64,000 nucleotides of DNA from an uncultured Alphaproteobacteria bacterium (GTDB taxonomy: Bacteria > Pseudomonadota > Alphaproteobacteria > RF32 > CAG-239). Where the stretch lies: assembly GCA_944391395.1 (NCBI GenBank), contig CALXTI010000002.1:1-64000 (forward strand), given 5' to 3'. The translations under genes and the position numbers were made by a program. Shown here piece by piece: positions 59,630 to 64,000 of the stretch; the first letter of the stretch is position 1, and each line of letters opens with the position of its first letter. The notes beneath the pieces are model-generated. The model saw nothing but the letters and a program-made list of their open reading frames with translations, was not told the DNA's origin and ran no database searches.

Positions 59630-59649
59630 TTTCCCTCAAGGAGGAGAAA

Positions 59650-60102
59650 ATGGGTTACACAATCGGGCAGGTTGCCAAAAGAATGGGGCTGACGGCTCAT
59701 ACTTTGAGATATTACGACAAAGAAGGGTTGTTGCCGACCATGCGCAAAAGCAGTTCCGGTTTGCGGGTTTTTACCGCCGAAGACATTGAATGGCTGATTA
59801 TCATTGAATGTTTAAAGGGTTGCGGTATGCACTTAAAAGACATTAAGCATTATATTGATATGTGCCGCGAAGGGGACGCTACTCTTGCCGAAAGACTGGA
59901 AATGTTTAAAAAACAGAAAGAACATTTGGAAGAGCAGTTGGCGCAGCTTAAGAAACATATGGAAAAAGTGGATTATAAAATCGCTTATTATACGGAGGCG
60001 GTTAAAAAGGGCAGTATTGATAAGGCGAAGAGCAACGCCTGTCTGAAAGCGGAAAAAGAACGGATTTTTGGTCCGGAGATTAAAGCCGTTACCAAAGCTT
60101 AA
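59650..60102 (+). CDS. MerR-family transcriptional regulator
   Basis: YTIGQVAKRMGLTAHTLRYYDKEGLL helix-turn-helix N-terminus and a coiled-coil dimerisation region. Confidence 0.85.
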   Translation: MGYTIGQVAKRMGLTAHTLRYYDKEGLLPTMRKSSSGLRVFTAEDIEWLIIIECLKGCGMHLKDIKHYIDMCREGDATLAERLEMFKKQKEHLEEQLAQLKKHMEKVDYKIAYYTEAVKKGSIDKAKSNACLKAEKERIFGPEIKAVTKA

Positions 60103-60114
60103 ATTTTTTATGAT

Positions 60115-60147
60115 AAAAAAAACGGCGGTTTTCCGCTGTTTTTTTAA
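60115..60147 (+). terminator. Hairpin terminator after merR (aacggcggttttccgctgtt followed by TTTTTT)
   Basis: Seen directly. One mismatch in the stem. Confidence 0.45.
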
Positions 60148-60273
60148 TTTAGAAAAAGAAAAAATCAGGGGAAAAACAAAAAAAATATTTTCCTTAAGCG
60201 TTCCTTAAGTTTGTAATGTTGAATTGAAGATGTAAACAAAACAACATTAATTTTATTTTTTAGGAGAAAAGTT

Positions 60274-60648
60274 ATGAAAAATGTTTTATCTGTTGCGGCA
60301 ATGGCTGTTGTTTTAGGTTTTGCTTCCGCTTCCATGGCACAAGGCTTTAACGGTCCGGCTCAGACCGGCGGTTTTCAGGGCCCGGGCTTGTCTTCCACCA
60401 CGGTGGCCGAAGCTTTGAAAATGGGTGATGATACGGCCGTGGTTTTGGAAGGCAAAATTGAAAAGAGCCTTGGTAAAGAACAATATATGTTTTCAGATGC
60501 CACCGGTTCGGTTACGATTGAAATTGATAATGACGACTGGCGCGGTGTGACGGTGACCCCGAATGATACGGTTATCATCCGCGGCGAAGTTGAAAAAGAT
60601 TTCTTCAAGACCGAAATTGACGTGGATGCGATTGAACTTAAAAAATAA
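60274..60648 (+). CDS. ygiW: YgiW/YdeI (BOF) family periplasmic OB-fold protein
   Basis: Signal peptide, size about 124 aa, YMFSDATGSVTIEID...TVTPNDTVIIRGEV. Confidence 0.7.
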   Translation: MKNVLSVAAMAVVLGFASASMAQGFNGPAQTGGFQGPGLSSTTVAEALKMGDDTAVVLEGKIEKSLGKEQYMFSDATGSVTIEIDNDDWRGVTVTPNDTVIIRGEVEKDFFKTEIDVDAIELKK

Positions 60649-60660
60649 GGTGAAAAGTTC

Positions 60661-61317
60661 ATGAGAATACTCCTGATTGAGGATGACAATTTAATCGGCG
60701 ACGGGATTAAAACCGGACTTGAAAAAAGTGGTTTTCAAGTGGATTGGTTTGATAACGGAACCGATGGCGAAGAGGCGCTTTTTCAAGCGCCTTACGCCGC
60801 TGTCATCCTTGATTTGGGGCTACCGGAAGTGGATGGTTTGACAATTTTGAAACATTGGCGTGACAACAACAAAACCGAGCCGGTTTTGATTTTGACTGCC
60901 AGAGGCGACGTGGACAGCCGGATTTTAGGCTTAAACAAAGGGGCAGATGATTATCTGGCAAAGCCGTTTTCCTTAAAAGAAGTTATTGCCCGCTTGAACG
61001 CGCTTATCCGCCGGCAAAGCGGTTATGCCGCGGCGGAGTTGGCGTTTAAGGACATTCGTTTTAATCCGGCGACAAAGCAGGTCAGCAAAGACGGTGTCGG
61101 GGTGGAATTGGCGCCGCGGGAAGTTGCGTTGTTGGAACTGTTGTTGCTTAATAAAAATCGGGTGTTGTCCAAAGCCGTTATTGAAGAGAAACTTTATTCT
61201 TGGGATGATGACGTGCAAAGCAACGCCGTGGAAGTGCATGTGCATCATCTGCGCAAAAAATTGGGCAAAGATGTGGTCAAGACCATCAACAAAATCGGCT
61301 ATGTGATGGAGGAGTAA
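60661..61317 (+). CDS. qseB: OmpR-family response regulator (QseB/PmrA-like)
   Basis: MRILLIEDD receiver domain plus a winged-helix C-terminus. Sits downstream of ygiW. Confidence 0.8.
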   Translation: MRILLIEDDNLIGDGIKTGLEKSGFQVDWFDNGTDGEEALFQAPYAAVILDLGLPEVDGLTILKHWRDNNKTEPVLILTARGDVDSRILGLNKGADDYLAKPFSLKEVIARLNALIRRQSGYAAAELAFKDIRFNPATKQVSKDGVGVELAPREVALLELLLLNKNRVLSKAVIEEKLYSWDDDVQSNAVEVHVHHLRKKLGKDVVKTINKIGYVMEE

Positions 61318-61363
61318 CTATTGCGGCGTCTTGTTTTAACGGCGGCTGCGGGAAGTGTGTCAT

Positions 61364-62710
61364 ATGAAAAAGTTTAGCCTGAAAACTCGATTGATGCTTA
61401 TGTTTACGGTGGTGTTTGTGCTTATCGGCGCTGCTGCCGGCGCTTTGTCGTGGAAGGAAACCAAAGAAAGCGTTGATGAGTTTTTTGATTCTTATCAGAT
61501 GGCTTTGGCACGCAGTCTGGCTTCCGCCGATTGGAGTCATGTCAACTCTGAAATCAGGGCGCAGACACACAGAGCCTTAAAAGATATCCGTGATGCCGAT
61601 GATGATGACGATGCCATCGGTTTTGCCGTGTTTGACAATCAAGGGCGGCGGATTTTTGATGATAACGAAGAAGGCAAGGAGTTTTCATTTAACACGCAAA
61701 CGGGCGCCTTTTTTAATGAGATGAACGATGATGATTTGTGGCGGGTGATACGGGTAAAATCCGCTGACGGAAAGTTTATCATCGCGGTCGGACAGGAGTT
61801 GGAATACCGCAGCGACATTGCCTGGGATATGATTGAAGAATTTATGACGCCATGGCTGTGGGGACTGGCGGCGCTCTTGATTTTGATGCTGCTGGTGATT
61901 GTGCGTGAGTTTCGGCCGTTGCGGCGTTTGGTGGGCGATATTAAGCGGCGTCGGCCGGAAGATTTGTCGCCGCTTGCCGCCGATGGCCTGCCGACAGAAA
62001 TTACGCCTTTAGTGGGGGCGGTTAACGGTTTGTTGTTTAAGATTGAAAACACGTTTCAACGAGAAAGGCGTTTTGTGGCTGATGCGGCACATGAATTGCG
62101 CACGCCTTTGACAGCCTTAAATGTGCAGTTGGAAGTTTTGGAAATGTCGGCCGATGACCAAAAAAGCAGGGAAAAAGCGGTGCAAAATTTGTCACAAGGC
62201 TTAAAACGCGCCGCGCATTTGGTGGAGCAGTTGTTGGCGTTGTCAAGGTTGGATGCGTCGTTGGCTGCCGATGAGCAGAAAAAAGAAGTTTTGGAGTGGG
62301 GCAAAATCTGTCGTTCAATTTGCGATGAATATGCCGAAGCGGCGGCTGAAAAGAATATCAAATTTGTTTGCGAAGTCGGCAAAGAGGGACCGATTGACGA
62401 AGGTAATCCGGCGTTGGCGGCGACAATCGTGCGCAATCTGGTTGAAAACGCAGTCAAATACAGTTCGGAAGGAGCAGTGGTGTCGCTTAAAACAACAAAT
62501 GGTAGATTGAGCGTTACCAACAGTGGTGTTAAGGTGGATGAAGAGCATCTTTCCAAACTCGGGCAGCGTTTTTACCGTCCGTCCGGTCAAAATGAAAAGG
62601 GCAGCGGGTTAGGGCTTTCCATCGTGAAATTGATTGCGGAATATTACGGCTGCGCTTTGTCTTTTAAAAACACGGAACCGGGCTTTTGCGTTATGGTTGA
62701 GCGCGCCTGA
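61364..62710 (+). CDS. qseC: Sensor histidine kinase (QseC/PmrB-like)
   Basis: Two transmembrane segments, the H-box FVADAAHELRTPLTAL and an HATPase domain. Confidence 0.8.
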   Translation: MKKFSLKTRLMLMFTVVFVLIGAAAGALSWKETKESVDEFFDSYQMALARSLASADWSHVNSEIRAQTHRALKDIRDADDDDDAIGFAVFDNQGRRIFDDNEEGKEFSFNTQTGAFFNEMNDDDLWRVIRVKSADGKFIIAVGQELEYRSDIAWDMIEEFMTPWLWGLAALLILMLLVIVREFRPLRRLVGDIKRRRPEDLSPLAADGLPTEITPLVGAVNGLLFKIENTFQRERRFVADAAHELRTPLTALNVQLEVLEMSADDQKSREKAVQNLSQGLKRAAHLVEQLLALSRLDASLAADEQKKEVLEWGKICRSICDEYAEAAAEKNIKFVCEVGKEGPIDEGNPALAATIVRNLVENAVKYSSEGAVVSLKTTNGRLSVTNSGVKVDEEHLSKLGQRFYRPSGQNEKGSGLGLSIVKLIAEYYGCALSFKNTEPGFCVMVERA

Positions 62711-62713
62711 ATA

Positions 62714-62753
62714 AAAACAAACAGCCGTTGCTTAAAGCAGCGGCTGTTTGTTT
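62714..62753. terminator. Bidirectional terminator (aaacaaacagccg...cggctgtttgttt)
   Basis: Seen directly, between convergent genes. Confidence 0.65.
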
Positions 62754-63147
62754 AATCCCACGCAGGCAGCATCAGTTTGTGGTTGTCAGCTCTTTTGAGG
62801 AAAAAAACTTTTTCATCAAAAGTGATTTTTGCAAACCTTCCGCACGGGCTGTCACAGGAAAAAACCCGGATGTCAATTTTGCAGGAACGGTTTGCATCAT
62901 TTGGATCGCTTAGCACCTTTTTTTGATGCATTATCATGCTATAACGCCTGGCTTTCATTGTTTTGACGACACACAAATTTTCATTTCTTTTGGCAAACCT
63001 GTTTAAGGTTTCGGCAAAATTTTTGAGGTAAGTGTGTTCAAAACAATTTTCATCATCCGGTAACGTTACTCTGGAGATAAATGCTTTTACCTCCATTGCA
63101 TCGTTTGATAACGATGGCAATTTTTTTGTTAAGTATTCTTCTTCCAT
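62752..63147 (-). CDS. Hypothetical protein of 131 aa
   Basis: ORF only. No domain. Confidence 0.4.
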   Translation of the reverse strand: MEEEYLTKKLPSLSNDAMEVKAFISRVTLPDDENCFEHTYLKNFAETLNRFAKRNENLCVVKTMKARRYSMIMHQKKVLSDPNDANRSCKIDIRVFSCDSPCGRFAKITFDEKVFFLKRADNHKLMLPAWD

Positions 63148-63213
63148 GCCTAATAATATTTAAATTTTTACATTTCTGAACGTATTATATCTATGATTTG
63201 GCAAAATGCAAGT

Positions 63214-63996
63214 CTAAATCTTCAGCGGCGGAGGAAGCTGGATGCGTTTGAACGCCATGGCGTGGTAGCGGTTTATGACCCACTCAACGGTTTTTTCTTC
63301 CGCACCGGCAGAGATGATTTCTTCTTTCGGCAGGTGTTTATCAAGATAAAGCGTCAGAATTTTATCCAACACCGAATAAGGCGGCAGCGTGTTCTCGTCT
63401 TTTTGATTGAGCGCAAGTTCGGCGCTCGGGGCGCGTACAATTACTTCGCTCGGCAGTACGCGGTTTAGATTGTTGCGCCATTTGGCAAGTTCAAAAACCT
63501 GGGTTTTGTATAAGCTTCCGATTGGCGCTAATCCGCCGCAGGTATCGCCGTACAAGGTGCAATAACCGGTGGCGATTTCAGAGCGGTTGCCGCAAGCCAA
63601 CACCAAACCGCCGAACTGGTTGGACCAAGCCATCAGGATTTTGCCGCGGGCGCGCGCCTGCAGATTTTCCAGCACGATGCCTTTGGGTTGTTCACCGAAT
63701 GCTTGACGTAAGAAGTCGGTTTCGGCGGAAATCAGAGCATCTATGTCCAGCTCGTGATATTGCAGTTGATTAAGATGAGAAATCTCTCGAGCAATTTCCA
63801 AACTTAACGGCGAGGTGTATTTGGTGCGCATCATGATTGCGGTTACGTTTTGTCCGCCCAAAGCGTCGGCGGCAAGCACCGCCGTCAAAGCGGAATCAAT
63901 ACCGCCGGAAAGCCCTAAAATAACGTTTTGAAAGTTGTTTTGCCGGCAGTATTGCCGCAAACCGTCTTTTAATTTTTCCCAAATTTGTTCATGCAT
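63214..63996 (-). CDS. nadE: NH3-dependent NAD+ synthetase
   Basis: VILGLSGGIDSAL PP-loop motif and overall NadE sequence. The start codon falls at the window edge. Confidence 0.85.
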   Translation of the reverse strand: MHEQIWEKLKDGLRQYCRQNNFQNVILGLSGGIDSALTAVLAADALGGQNVTAIMMRTKYTSPLSLEIAREISHLNQLQYHELDIDALISAETDFLRQAFGEQPKGIVLENLQARARGKILMAWSNQFGGLVLACGNRSEIATGYCTLYGDTCGGLAPIGSLYKTQVFELAKWRNNLNRVLPSEVIVRAPSAELALNQKDENTLPPYSVLDKILTLYLDKHLPKEEIISAGAEEKTVEWVINRYHAMAFKRIQLPPPLKI

Positions 63997-64000
63997 GGTT

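Overview
The window reads as a moderately AT-rich Gram-negative chromosome segment, most likely from an alphaproteobacterium. Three features support that call: a CcrM-type adenine methyltransferase with its C-terminal DNA-binding extension, an RlmE whose N-terminal extension reads like the alphaproteobacterial form (recalled from memory, not compared here), and a GTTC-N7-GTTC alphaproteobacterial-type LexA box in front of lexA.

Housekeeping genes present are ruvX, rlmE, an RsmB-like methyltransferase, lpxA, lysS, lexA, nadE and two tandem Ppx/GppA paralogs. I also annotate four tRNAs (Met, Gln and Glu, plus none that I could support at 37530).

Accessory content, in order along the window:
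- A three-gene Lgm/Flm/Arn-like lipid A aminosugar-modification module at 3.8-7.5 kb (ArnT-like GT39, ArnC-like GT2, YdjC-type deacetylase fused to a GtrA-like membrane domain).
- A GDP-D-rhamnose-type polysaccharide cluster at 17.5-26.8 kb (gmd, rmd-like, an 835-aa two-domain GT4 polymerase-like transferase, other GT2/GT4 genes).
- A tRNA-Gln hotspot (27.7-28.9 kb) holding a roughly 120-170 bp repeat family whose inverted copies flank a small secreted-protein gene.
- An apparently AT-richer island of about 15 kb starting at tRNA-Glu (36.2 kb) and ending at a serine recombinase (51.0-51.6 kb). It carries effector-like genes (a Fic protein preceded by five 10-bp direct repeats, an ankyrin-repeat protein, a 1035-aa coiled-coil protein, a secreted protein with 60-bp tandem repeats), GNAT and P-loop kinase genes, alpha/beta hydrolases and several short repeat families.
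- A second glycan locus at 51.7-58.2 kb (GT32, GT4, GT2, and an Fe-S/pyruvyl-transferase fusion).
- A flavodoxin pair with a divergent MerR regulator, and ygiW-qseBC-like genes.

No CRISPR array, rRNA gene or transposase was seen.

The two novelty candidates I would pursue first are (i) three tandem paralogs of an uncharacterised ~200-aa family wedged between rlmE and rsmB, and (ii) the repeat-rich effector island, especially the Fic iteron-like repeats.
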